DNA of 64,000 nucleotides, taken from the NCBI GenBank assembly GCA_964016885.1, contig OZ024740.1, forward strand, positions 8,742,001-8,806,000. The letters are read 5' to 3'. This document shows, one piece after another, positions 29,801 through 43,229 of this stretch (its first letter is position 1; every line of letters starts with the position of its first letter). Both the position numbers and the translations under genes were made by a program. The notes beneath the pieces were generated by a model. That model was not told the DNA's origin, ran no database searches, and saw nothing but the letters and a program-made list of their open reading frames with translations. This DNA is from Eledone cirrhosa. Taxonomy: Eukaryota.

Positions 29801-32520
29801 TTTCGATTGGTTTGTCAGTTTCTATTGGTATGTCAGTTTTGACTAGTATATCAGTCTCTATTTGTATATCAGTTTCAATTGGTATGTCAGTTTCTATTGG
29901 TATATCAGTTTATATTTGTATGTCAGTTTCGATTGGTATGTCAGTTTCTATTGGTATATCAGTTTTGATTGGTATGTTAGTTTCTATTGGTATGTCAGTT
30001 CCGATTGGTATGTTAGTCCTCGATTTGTATGTCAGTTTCTATTGGTATATCAATTTCGATTGGTATGTCAGTTTCTATTGGTATGTCAGTTTCTATTGGT
30101 ATATCAGTTTCGATTGGTATGTCAGTTTCAATTAGTATATCAGTTTCTATTGGTATGTCAGTTTCTATTGGTATATCAATTTCGATTGGTATATCAGTTT
30201 CGATTAGTATGTCAGTTTCGATTCATATGTCAGTTTCGATTGGTATGTCAGTTTCGATTGGTATGTCAGTTTCTATTGATGTGTCAGTTTCGATTAGTAT
30301 ATCAGCTTCTATTTGTATGTCAGTTTCGATTGGTATGTCAGTTTCTATTAGTATATCAGTTTCAATTGATATATCAGTTTCGATTGGTATATCAGTTTCG
30401 ATTCGTATGTCAGTTTCTATTATTATGTCAGTTTGTATTGGTATATCAGTTTCAATTGGTATATCAGTTTCTATTGGTATGTCAGTTTTATTGGTATGTC
30501 AGTTTCGATTGGTATATCAGTTTCTGTTGGTATGTCAATTTCGATTAGTATGTCAGTTTATATTGGTATATCAGTTTCGATTGGTATATCAGTTTCTATT
30601 GGTATGTCAGTTTTGACTAGTATATCAGTCGCTATTGGTATGTCAGTTTCGATTGGTATGTCTATTTCGAATGGTATATCAGTTTTGATTGGTATATCAG
30701 TTTCTATTGGTATATCAGTTCCGATTGGTATATCAGTTTCGATTGGTATGTCAGTTTCTATTGGTATGTCAGTTTCAATTGGCATGTCAGTTTCTATTGG
30801 TATATCAGTTTCGATTCATATATCGGTTCCGATTAGTATATCAGTTTCTATTGATGTGTCAGTTTCGATTAGTATATCAGCTTCTATTTGTATGTCAGTT
30901 TCGATTGGTATGTCAGTTTCTATTGGTATATCAGTTTCAATTGGTATATCAGTTTCGATTGGTATATCAGTTTCGATTCGTATGTCAGTTTCTATTATTA
31001 TGTCAGTTTGTATTGGTATATCAGTTTCAATTGGTATATCAGGTTCTATTTGGTATGTTAGTTTTATTTGTATGTCAGTTTTGATTGGTATATCATTTTC
31101 TGTTGGTATGTCAATTTCGATTAGTATGTCAGTTTCTATTGGTATATCAGTTTCGATTGGTATGTCAGTTTCTATTGGTATGTCAGTTTATAATTGTATC
31201 TCAGTTTCGATTGGTATGTCAGTTTCTATTGGTATATCAGTTTTGATTGGTATGTTAGTTTCTATTGGTATGTCAGTTCCGATTGGTATGTTAGTCCTCG
31301 ATTTGTATGTCAGTTTCTATTGGTATATCAGTTTCGATTGGTATGTCAGTTTCAATTAGTATATCAGTTTCTATTGGTATGTCAGTTTCTATTGGTATAT
31401 CAATTTCGATTGGTATATCAGTTTCGATTAGTATGTCAGTTTCGATTCATATGTCAGTTGCTATTGGTATGTCAGTTTCAATTGGTATATCAGTTTCAAT
31501 TGGTATGTCAATTTCGATTGGTATGTCAGTTTAGATTTGTATATCAGTTTCGATTGGTATGTCAGTTTCGATTGGTATGTCAGTTTCGATTGGTATGTCA
31601 GTTTCTATTGGTATATCAATTTCGATTCATATATCGGTTTCAATTAGTATATCAGTTTCTATTGATCTGTCAGTTTCGATTAGTATATCAGCTTCTATTT
31701 GTATGTCAGTTTCAATTGGTATGTCAGTTTCGATTGGTATATCAGTTTCTGTTGGTATGTCAATTTCGATTAGTATGTCCGTTTATATTGGTATATCAGT
31801 TTCGATTGGTATATCAGTTTCTATTGGTATGTCAGTTTTGACTAGTATATCAGTCTCTATTGGTATGTCAGTTTCGATTGGTATGTCTATTTCGAATGGT
31901 ATATCAGTTTTGATTGGTATATCAGTTTCTATTGGTATATCAGTTCCAATTAGTATATCAGTTTCGATTGGTATGTCAGTTTCTATTGGTATATCAGTTT
32001 CGATTGATATATCAGTTTTGATTAGTATGTCAGTTTCTATTGGCATGTCAATTTCGATTGGTATGTCCGTTTCTATTGGTATATCCGTTTCGAATGGTAT
32101 GTCAGTTTCTATTGGTATATCAGTTTCGATTGATATATCAGTTTCGATTAGTATATCAGCTTCTATTTGTATGTCAGTTTCGATTGGTATGTCAGTTTCT
32201 ATTAGTATATCAGTTTCAATTGGTATATCAGTTTCGATTGGTATATCAGTTTCGATTCGTATGTCAGTTTCTATTATTATGTCAGTTTGTATTGGTATAT
32301 CAGTTTCAAGTGGTATATCAGTTTCTATTGGTATGTCAGTTTTATTGGTATGTCAGTTTCGATTGGTATGTCAGTTTCTATTGGTATATCAATTTCGATT
32401 CATATATCGGTTTCAATTAGTATATCAGTTTCTATTGATCTGTCAGTTTTGATTAGTATCTCAGCTTCTATTTGTATGTCAGTTTCGATTGGTATGTCAG
32501 TTTCTATTGGTATATCAGTT
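17843..32520. repeat. ~7.35-kb tandem duplication inside the satellite (17843-25190 / 25191-32520)
   Basis: Rare variants (cctatagc, tataatcag, gtacgtaatttcgatggg, gtcatgtcga, ttagaaaatc) recur. ORF-track pairs sit at offsets 7348 (18208/25556, 19905/27253), 7366 (21660/29026), 7312 (23121/30433) and 7330 (24957/32287). Confidence 0.9.
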
Positions 32521-35489
32521 TCAATTGGTATATCAGTTTCGATTCGTATGTCAGTTTCTATGATTATGTCAGTTTGTATTGGTATATCAGTTTCAATTGG
32601 TATATCAGTTTCTATTGGTATGTCAGTTTTATTGGTATGTCAGTTTCGATTGGTATATCAGTTTCTGTTGGTATGTCAATTTCGATTAGTATGTCAGTTT
32701 ATATTGGTATATCAGTTTCGATTGGTATATCAGTTTCTATTGGTATGTCAGTTTTGACTAGTATATCAGTCTCTATTGGTATGTCAGTTTCGATTGGTAT
32801 GTCTATTTCGAATGGTATATCAGTTTTGATTGGTATATCAGTTTCTATTGGTATATCAGTTCCGATTGGTATATCAGTTTCGATTGGTATGTCAGTTTCT
32901 ATTGGTATGTCAGTTTCGATTGGCATGTCAGTTTCTATTGGTATATCAGTTTCGATTCATATATCGGTTCCGATTAGTATATCAGTTTCTATTGATGTGT
33001 CAGTTTAGATTAGTATATCAGCTTCTATTTGTATGTCAATTTCGTTTGGTATGTCAGTTTCTATTGGTATATCAGTTTCAATTGGTATATCAGTTTCGAT
33101 TGGTATATCAGTTTCGATTTGGTATAATAGTTTTATTTGTATGTCAGTTTCGGTTGGTATATCAGTTTCTGTTGGTATGTCAATTTCGATTAGTATGTCA
33201 GTTTCTATTGGTATATCAGTTTCGATTGGTATGTCAGTTTCTATTGGTATGTCAGTTTTGACTAGTATATCAGTCTCTATTTGTATATCAGTTTCAATTG
33301 GTATGTCAGTTTCTATTGGTATATCAGTTTATAATTGTATCTCAGTTTATTGGTATGTCAGTTTCTATTGGTATATCAGTTTTGATTGGTATGTTAGTTT
33401 CTATTGGTATGTCAGTTCCGATTGGTATGTTAGTCCTCGATTTGTATGTCAGTTTCTATTGGTATATCAATTTCGATTAGTATGTCAGTTTCGATTGGTA
33501 TGTCAGTTTCAATTAGTATATCAGTTTCTATTGGTATGTCAGTTTCTATTGGTATATCAATTTCGATTGGTATATCAGTTTCGATTAGTATGTCAGTTTC
33601 GATTCATATGTCAGTTTCGATTGGTATATCAGTTTCAATTGGGATGTCAGTTTTATTGGTATGGCAATTTCGATTGGTATATCAGTTTAGATTTGTATAT
33701 CAGTTTCGATTGGTATGTCAGTTTCGATTGGTATGTCAGTTTCGATTGGTATGTCAGTTTCTATTGGTATATCAATTTCGATTCATATATCGGTTTCAAT
33801 TAGTATATCAGTTTCTATTGATCTGTCAGTTTCGATTAGTATATCAGCTTCTATTTGTATGTCAGTTTCAATTGGTATGTCAGTTTCTATTGGTATGTCA
33901 GTTTTATTGGTATGTCAGTTTCGTTTGGTATATCAGTTTCTGTTGGTATGTCAATTTCGATTAGTATGTCAGTCTCTATTGGTATGTCAGTTTCGATTGG
34001 TATATCTATTTCGAATGGTATATCAGTTTTGATTGGTATATCAGTTTCTATTGGTATATCAGTTCCAATTTGTATATCAGTTTCGATTGGTATGTCAGTT
34101 TCTATTGGCATATCAGTTTCGATTGATATATCAGTTTTGATTAGTATGTCAGTTTCTATTGGCATGTCAGTTTCGATTAGTATATCAGTTTCTGTTGGTA
34201 TACCATTTTTCGTTTGGTATGTTAGTTTCTAATGGTATGTCAGTATATATTTGTATATCAGTTTCGATTGGTATGTCAGTTTCCATTGGTATGTCTGTTT
34301 CGATTAGTATATCAGTCTCTATTGGTATATCAGTTTCGATTGGTATGTTACTCCTCGATTGGTATATCAGTTTCGATTGGTATATCAGTTTTTATTGGTA
34401 TGTTAGTTTCTATTGGTATGTCAGTTTCGATTAGTATATCAGTTTCTATTGGTATATCAGTTTCGATTGGTATCTTAGTCCTCGATTTGTATGTCAGTTT
34501 CTATTGGTATATCAATTTCGATTGGTATGTCAGTTTCTGTTGGTATGTCAATTTCGATTGGTATGTCAGTTTTTATTGGTATATCAGTTTCTATTGATAT
34601 ATCAGTTTCGATTGGTATGTCAGTTTCGATTAGTAAATCAGTTTCTATTTGTATGTCAGTTTCTATTGGTATATCAGTTTCGATTGGTATATCAGTTTAA
34701 ATTGGTATGTCAATTTCGATTGGTATGTCAGTTTCGATTTGTATATCAGTTTCGATTGCTATGTCAATTTCGATTGGTATGTCAGTTTCGATTTGTATGT
34801 CAGTTTCGATTGGTATGTCAGTTTCGATTGGTATGTCAGTTTCTATTGGTATATCATTTTTCGATTCATATATCGGTTCCGATTAGTATATCAGTTTCTA
34901 TTGATGTGTCAGTTTCGATTAGTATATCAGCTTCTATTTGTATGTCAGTTTCGATTGGTATGTCAGTTTCTATTGGTAGATCAGTTTCAATTGGTATATC
35001 ATTTTCGATTGGTATATCAGTTTCGATTCATCTGTCAGTTTCTATTATTATGTCAGTATGTATTGGTATATCAGTTTCGATTGATATATCAGTTTCTGTT
35101 GGTATGTCAATTTCGATTAGTATGTCAGTTTCTATTGGTATATCAGTTTCGATTGGTATGTCAGTTTTTATTGGTATGTCAGTTTTGACTAGTATATCAG
35201 TCCCTATTGGTATATCAGTTTCAATTAGTATGTCAGTTTCTATTGGTATATCAGTTTTGATTGGTATGTTAGTTTCTATTGGTATGTCAGTTGCGATGGG
35301 TATGTTAGTCCTCGAGAATTATGTCAGTTTATATTGGTATATCAATTTCGATTGGTATGTCAGTTTCTATTGGTATGTCAGTTTCTATTGGAATATCCGT
35401 TTCGATTGGTATGTCAGTTTCAATTAGTATATCAGTTTCTATTGGTATGTCAGTTTCTATTGGTATATCAATTTCGATTGGTATGTCAG

Positions 35490-38400
35490 TTTCTATTGGT
35501 ATATCAATTTCGATTGGTGTGTCAGTTTCTGTTGGTATGTCAATTTCGATTGGTATGTCAGTTTCTATTGGTATATCAGTTTCTATTGATATATCAGTTT
35601 CGATTGGTATGTCAGTTTCGATTAGTAAATCAGTTTCTATTTGTATGTCAGTTTCTATTGGTATATCAGTTTCGATTGGTATATCAGTTTCGATTGGTAT
35701 GTCAATTTCGATTGGTATGTCAGTTTCGATTTGTATATCAGTTTCGATTGGTATGTCAGTTTCGATTGGTATGTCAGTTTCGATTGGTATGTCAGTTTCT
35801 ATTGGTATATCAGTTTCGATTCATATATCGGTTCCGATTAGTATATCAGTTTCTATTGGCATGCCAATTTCGATTGGTATGTCAGTTTCGATTTGTATAT
35901 CAGTTTCGATTGGTATGTCAGTTTCTATTGGTATATCCGTTTCGATTGGTATGTCAGTTTCAATTAGTATATCAGTTTCTATTGGTATGTCAGTTTCTAT
36001 TGGTATATCAATTTCGATTGGTATATCAGTTTCGATTAATATGTCAGTTTCGATTCATATGTCAGTTTCGATTGGTATGTCAGTTTCGATTGGTATGTCA
36101 GTTTCTATTGGTACGTCAGTTTCAATTGGTATATCAGTTTCAATTGGTATGTCAGTTTTATTGATTGGTATATCAGTTTCGATTGGTATGTCAATTTCGA
36201 TTGGTATGTCAGTTTAGATTTGTATATCAGTTTCGATTGGTATGTCAGTTTCGATTGGTATGTCAGTTTTTTATTGGTATGTCAGTTTCTATTGGTATAT
36301 CCGTTTCGATTGGTATATCAGTTTCGATTCGTATGTCAGTTTCTATTATTATGTCAGTTTGTATTGGTATATCAGTTTCAATTGGTATATCAGTTTCTAT
36401 TGGTATGTCAGTTTTATTGGTATGTCAGTTTCGATTGGTATATCAGTTTCTGTTGGTATGTCAGTTTCGATTAGTATGTCAATTTATATTGGTATATCAG
36501 TTTCGATTGGTATGTCAATTTATATTTGTATGTCAGTTTCGATTGGTATGTCTATTTCGATTGGTATATAAGTTTCTATTTGTATGTCAGTCTCGATTGG
36601 TATATCAATTTTGATTGGTATATCAGTTTCTATTGGTATATCAGTTCCGATTAGTATATCAGTTTCGATTGCTATGTCAGTTTCTATTGGTATATCAGTT
36701 TCGATTGATATATCAGTTTTGATTAGTATGTCAGGTTCTATTGGCATGTCAGTTTCGATTCGTATGTCCGTTTCGATTAGTATATCAGTTTCTGTTGGTA
36801 TACCATTTTCGTTTGGTATGTTAGTTTCCAAAGGTATGTCAGTATATATTTGTATGTCAGTTTCGATTGGTATGTCAGTTTCCATTGGTATGTCTGTTTC
36901 GATTGGTATATCAGTTTCTATTGGTATATCAGTTTCGATTGGTATGTTAGTCCTCGATTGGTATATCAGTTTCGATTGGTATATCAGTTTTGATTGGTAT
37001 GTTAGTTTCTATTGGTATGTCAGTTTCGATTAGTATATCAGTTTCTATTGGTATATCAGTTTCGATTGGTATGTTAGTCCTCGATTTGTACGTCAGTTTC
37101 TATTGGTATATCAATTTTGATTGGTATGTCAGTTTCTGTTGGTATGTCAATTTCGATTGGTATGTCAGTTTCTATTGGTATATCAGTTTCGAATGGTATG
37201 TCAATTTCTATTGGTGTGTAAGTTTCGATTAGTATATCAGTTTCTATTTGTATGTCAATTTTCGATTGATATGTCAGTTTCTCTTGGTATATCAGTTTCT
37301 ATTGATATATCAGTTTCGATTGGTATGTCAGTTTCGATTAGTAAATCAGTTTCTATTTGTATGTCAGTTTCTATTGGTATATCAGTTTCGATTGGTATAT
37401 CAGTTTCGATTGGTATGTCAATTTCGATTGGTATGTCAGATTCGATTTGTATATCAGTTTCGATTGGTATGTCAGTTTCTATTGGTATGTCAGTTTCTAT
37501 TGGTATATCAGTTTCGATTCATATATCGGTTCCGATTAGTATATCAGTTACTATTGATGTGTCAGTTTCGATTAGTATATCAGCTTCTATTTGTATGTCA
37601 GTTTCGATTGGTATGTCAGTTTCTATTGGTATATCAGTTTCAATTGGTATATCAGTTTCGATTCGTATATCAGTTTCGATTCGTATGTCAGTTTCTTTTA
37701 TCATGTCAGTTTGTATTGGTATATCAGTTTCAATTGGTATATCAGTTTATATTTGGTATGTCAGTTTTATTTGTATGTCAGTTTCGATTGGTATATCAGT
37801 TACTGTTGGTATGTCAATTTCGATTAGTATGTCAGTTTCTATTGGTATATCAGTTCCGATTAGTATATCAGTTTCGATTGCTATGTCAGTTTCTATTGGT
37901 ATATCAGTTTCGATTGATATATCAGTTTTGATTAGTATGTCAGGTTCTATTGGCATGTCAGTTTCGATTCGTATGTCCGTTTCGATTAGTATATCAGTTT
38001 CTGTTGGTATACCATTTTCGTTTGGTATGTTAGTTTCCAAAGGTATGTCAGTATATATTTGTATGTCAGTTTCGATTGGTATGTCAGTTTCCATTGGTAT
38101 GTCTGTTTCGATTGGTATATCAGTTTCTATTGGTATATCAGTTTCGATTGGTATGTTAGTCCTCGATTGGTATATCAGTTTCGATTGGTATATCAGTTTT
38201 GATTGGTATGTTAGTTTCTATTGGTATGTCAGTTTCGATTAGTATATCAGTTTCTATTGGTATATCAGTTTCGATTGGTATGTTAGTCCTCGATTTGTAC
38301 GTCAGTTTCTATTGGTATATCAATTTTGATTGGTATGTCAGTTTCTGTTGGTATGTCAATTTCGATTGGTATGTCAGTTTCTATTGGTATATCAGTTTCG

Positions 38401-41400
38401 AATGGTATGTCAATTTCTATTGGTGTGTAAGTTTCGATTAGTATATCAGTTTCTATTTGTATGTCAATTTTCGATTGATATGTCAGTTTCTCTTGGTATA
38501 TCAGTTTCTATTGATATATCAGTTTCGATTGGTATGTCAGTTTCGATTAGTAAATCAGTTTCTATTTGTATGTCAGTTTCTATTGGTATATCAGTTTCGA
38601 TTGGTATATCAGTTTCGATTGGTATATCAATTTCGATTGGTATGTCAGATTCGATTTGTATATCAGTTTCGATTGGTATGTCAGTTTCTATTGGTATGTC
38701 AGTTTCTATTGGTATATCAGTTTCGATTCATATATCGGTTCCGATTAGTATATCAGTTACTATTGATGTGTCAGTTTCGATTAGTATATCAGCTTCTATT
38801 TGTATGTCAGTTTCGATTGGTATGTCAGTTTCTATTGGTATATCAGTTTCAATTGGTATATCAGTTTCGATTCGTATATCAGTTTCGATTCGTATGTCAG
38901 TTTCTATTATCATGTCAGTTTGTATTGGTATATCAGTTTCAATTGGTATATCAGTTTATATTTGGTATGTCAGTTTTATTTGTATGTCAGTTTCGATTGG
39001 TATATCGGTTACTGTTGGTATGTCAATTTCGATTAGTATGTCAGTTTCTATTGGTATATCAGTTTCGATTGGTATGTCAGTTTCTATTGGTATGTCAGTT
39101 TTGACTAGTATATCAGTCTCTATTTGTATATCAGTTTCAAATGGTATGTCAGTTTCTATTGGTATATCAGTTTATATTTGTATGTCAGTTTCGATTGGTA
39201 TGTCAGTTTCTATTGGTATATCAGTTTCAATTGGTATATCAGTTTCTATTGGTATGTCAGTTTTATTGGTATGTCAGTTTCGATTGGTATATCAGTTTCT
39301 GTTGGCATGTCAATTTCGATTAGTATGTCAGTTTATATTGGTATATCAGTTTCGATTGGTATATCAATTTCGATTGGTGTGTCAGTTTCTGTTGGTATGT
39401 CAATTTCGATTGGTATGTCAGTTTCTATTGGTATATCAGTTTCTATTGATATATCAGTTTCGATTGGTATGTCAGTTTCGATTAGTAAATCAGTTTCTAT
39501 TTGTATGTCAGTTTCTATTGGTATATCAGTTTCGATTGGTATATCAGTTTCGATTGGTATGTCAATTTCGATTGGTATGTCAGTTTCGATTTGTATATCA
39601 GTTTCGATTGGTATGTCAGTTTCGATTGGTATGTCAGTTTCGATTGGTATGTCAGTTTCTATTGGTATATCAGTTTCGATTCATATATCGGTTCCGATTA
39701 GTATATCAGTTTCTATTGGCATGCCAATTTCGATTGGTATGTCAGTTTCGATTTGTATATCAGTTTCGATTGGTATGTCAGTTTCTATTGGTATATCCGT
39801 TTCGATTGGTATGTCAGTTTCAATTAGTATATCAGTTTCTATTGGTATGTCAGTTTCTATTGGTATATCAATTTCGATTGGTATATCAGTTTCGATTAAT
39901 ATGTCAGTTTCGATTCATATGTCAGTTTCGATTGGTATGTCAGTTTCGATTGGTATGTCAGTTTCTATTGGTACGTCAGTTTCAATTGGTATATCAGTTT
40001 CAATTGGTATGTCAGTTTTATTGATTGGTATATCAGTTTCGATTGGTATGTCAATTTCGATTGGTATGTCAGTTTAGATTTGTATATCAGTTTCGATTGG
40101 TATGTCAGTTTCGATTGGTATGTCAGTTTTTTATTGGTATGTCAGTTTCTATTGGTATATCCGTTTCGATTGGTATATCAGTTTCGATTCGTATGTCAGT
40201 TTCTATTATTATGTCAGTTTGTATTGGTATATCAGTTTCAATTGGTATATCAGTTTCTATTGGTATGTCAGTTTTATTGGTATGTCAGTTTCGATTGGTA
40301 TATCAGTTTCTGTTGGTATGTCAATTTCGATTAGTATGTCAATTTATATTGGTATATCAGTTTCGATTGGTATGTCAATTTATATTTGTATGTCAGTTTC
40401 GATTGGTATGTCTATTTCGATTGGTATATAAGTTTCTATTTGTATGTCAGTCTCGATTGGTATATCAATTTTGATTGGTATATCAGTTTCTATTGGTATA
40501 TCAGTTCCGATTAGTATATCAGTTTCGATTGCTATGTCAGTTTCTATTGGTATATCAGTTTCGATTGATATATCAGTTTTGATTAGTATGTCAGGTTCTA
40601 TTGGCATGTCAGTTTCGATTCGTATGTCCGTTTCGATTAGTATATCAGTTTCTGTTGGAATACCATTTTCGTTTGGTATGTTAGTTTCCAAAGGTATGTC
40701 AGTATATATTTGTATGTCAGTTTCGATTGGTATGTCAGTTTCCATTGGTATGTCTGTTTCGATTGGTATATCAGTTTCTATTGGTATATCAGTTTCGATT
40801 GGTATGTTAGTCCTCGATTGGTATATCAGTTTCGATTGGTATATCAGTTTTGATTGGTATGTTAGTTTCTATTGGTATGTCAGTTTCGATTAGTATATCA
40901 GTTTCTATTGGTATATCAGTTTCGATTGGTATGTTAGTCCTCGATTTGTACGTCAGTTTCTATTGGTATATCAATTTCGATTGGTATGTCAGTTTCTGTT
41001 GGTATGTCAATTTCGATTGGTATGTCAGTTTCTATTGGTATATCAGTTTCTATTGATATATCAGTTTCGATTGGTATGTCAGTTTCGATTAGTAAATCAG
41101 TTTCTATTTGTATGTCAGTTTCTATTGGTATATCAGTTTCGATTGGTATATCAGTTTCGATTGGTATGTCAATTTCGATTGGTATGTCAGATTCGATTTG
41201 TATATCAGTTTCGATTGGTATGTCAGTTTCTATTGGTATGTCAGTTTCTATTGGTATATCAGTTTCGATTCATATATCGGTTCCGATTAGTATATCAGTT
41301 ACTATTGATGTGTCAGTTTCGATTAGTATATCAGCTTCTATTTGTATGTCAGTTTCGATTGGTATGTCAGTTTCTATTGGTATATCAGTTTCAATTGGTA

Positions 41401-41897
41401 TATCAGTTTCGATTGGTATATCAGTTTCGATTCGTATGTCAGTTTCTATTATCATGTCAGTTTGTATTGGTATATCAGTTTCAATTGGTATATCAGTTTA
41501 TATTTGGTATGTCAGTTTTATTTGTATGTCAGTTTCGATTGGTATATCAGTTACTGTTGGTATGTCAATTTCGATTAGTATGTCAGTTTCTATTGGTATA
41601 TCAGTTTCGATTGGTATGTCAGTTTCTATTGGTATGTCAGTTTTGACTAGTATATCAGTCTCTATTTGTATATCAGTTTCAAATGGTATGTCAGTTTCTA
41701 TTGGTATATCAGTTTATATTTGTATGTCAGTTTCGATTGGTATGTCAGTTTCTATTGGTATATCAGTTTCAATTGGTATATCAGTTTCTATTGGTATGTC
41801 AGTTTTATTGGTATGTCAGTTTCGATTGGTATATCAGTTTCTGTTGGCATGTCAATTTCGATTAGTATGTCAGTTTATATTGGTATATCAGTTTCGA
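35490..41897. repeat. ~3.86-kb tandem duplication with a nested 1209-bp tandem duplication
   Basis: ORF pairs at offset 3860 (35641/39501, 36165/40025, 36990/40850), 1209 (36990/38199, 37248/38457) and 2542 (39124/41666). Confidence 0.85.
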
Positions 41898-43229
41898 TTG
41901 GTATATCAGTTTCTATTCGTATATCAGTTTTGACTAGTATATCAGTCGCTATTGGTATGTCTATTTCGAATGGTATATCAGTTTTGATTGGTATATCAGT
42001 TTCTATTGGTATATCAGTTCCGATTGGTATATCAGTTTCGATTGGTATGTCAGTTTCTATTGGTATGTCAGTTTCGATTGGCATGTCAGTTTCTATTGGT
42101 ATATCAGTTTTGATTGGTATGTTAGTTTCTATTGGTATGTCAGTTCCGATTGGTATGTTAGTCCTCGATTTGTATGTCCGTTTCTATTGGTATATCAATT
42201 TCGATTGGTATGTCAGTTTCTATTGGTATGTCAGTTTCTATTGGTATATCAGTTTCGATTGGTATGTCAGTTTCAATTAGTATATCAGTTTCTATTGGTA
42301 TGTCAGTTTCTATTGGTATATCAATTTCGATTGGTATATCAGTTTCGATTAGTATGTCAGTTTCGATTCATATGTCAGTTTTGATTGGTATGTCAGTTTC
42401 GATTGGTATGTCAGTTTCTATTGGTATGTCAGTTTCAATTGGTATATCAGTTTCAATTGGTATGTCAGTTTTATTGGTATGTCAATTTCGATTGGTATAT
42501 CAGTTTCGATTGGTATGTCAATTTCGATAGGTATGTCAGTTTAGATTTGTATATCAGTTTCGATTGGTATGTCAGTTTCGATTGGTATGTCAGTTTCGAT
42601 TGGTATGTCAGTTTCTATTGGTATATCAATTTCGATTCATATATCGGTTTCAATTAGTATATCAGTTACTATTGATCTGTCAGTTTCGATTAGTATATCA
42701 GCTTCTATTTGTATGTCAGTTTCAATTGGTATGTCAGTTTCTATTGGTATATCAGTGTCAATTGGTATATCAGTTTCGATTCGTATGTCAGTTTCTATTA
42801 TTATGTCAGTTTGTATTGGTATATCAGTTTCAATTGGTATATCAGTTTCTATTGGTATGTCAGTTTTATTGGTATGTCAGTTTTATTGGTATATCAGTTT
42901 CTGTTGGTATGTCAATTTCGATTAGAATGTCAGTTTATATTGGTATATCAGTTTCGATTGGTATATCAGTTTCTATTGGTATGTCAGTTTTGACTAGTAT
43001 ATCAGTCTCTATTGGTATGTCAGTTTCGATTGGTATGTCTATTTCGAATGGTATATCAGTTTTGATTGGTATATCAGTTTCTATTGGTATATCAGTTCCA
43101 ATTAGTATATCAGTTTCGATTGGTATGTCAGTTTCTATTGGTATATCAGTTTCAATTGGCATATCAGTTTCGATTGGTATATCAGTTTCGATTCGTATGT
43201 CAGTTTCTATTATTATGTCAGTTTGTATT

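Larger units (their letters stand above)
11186..43229. repeat. 18-bp satellite array, segment 3
   Basis: Uninterrupted tandem monomers in the same orientation, with occasional recurrent 17- and 19-bp variants. Confidence 0.98.
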
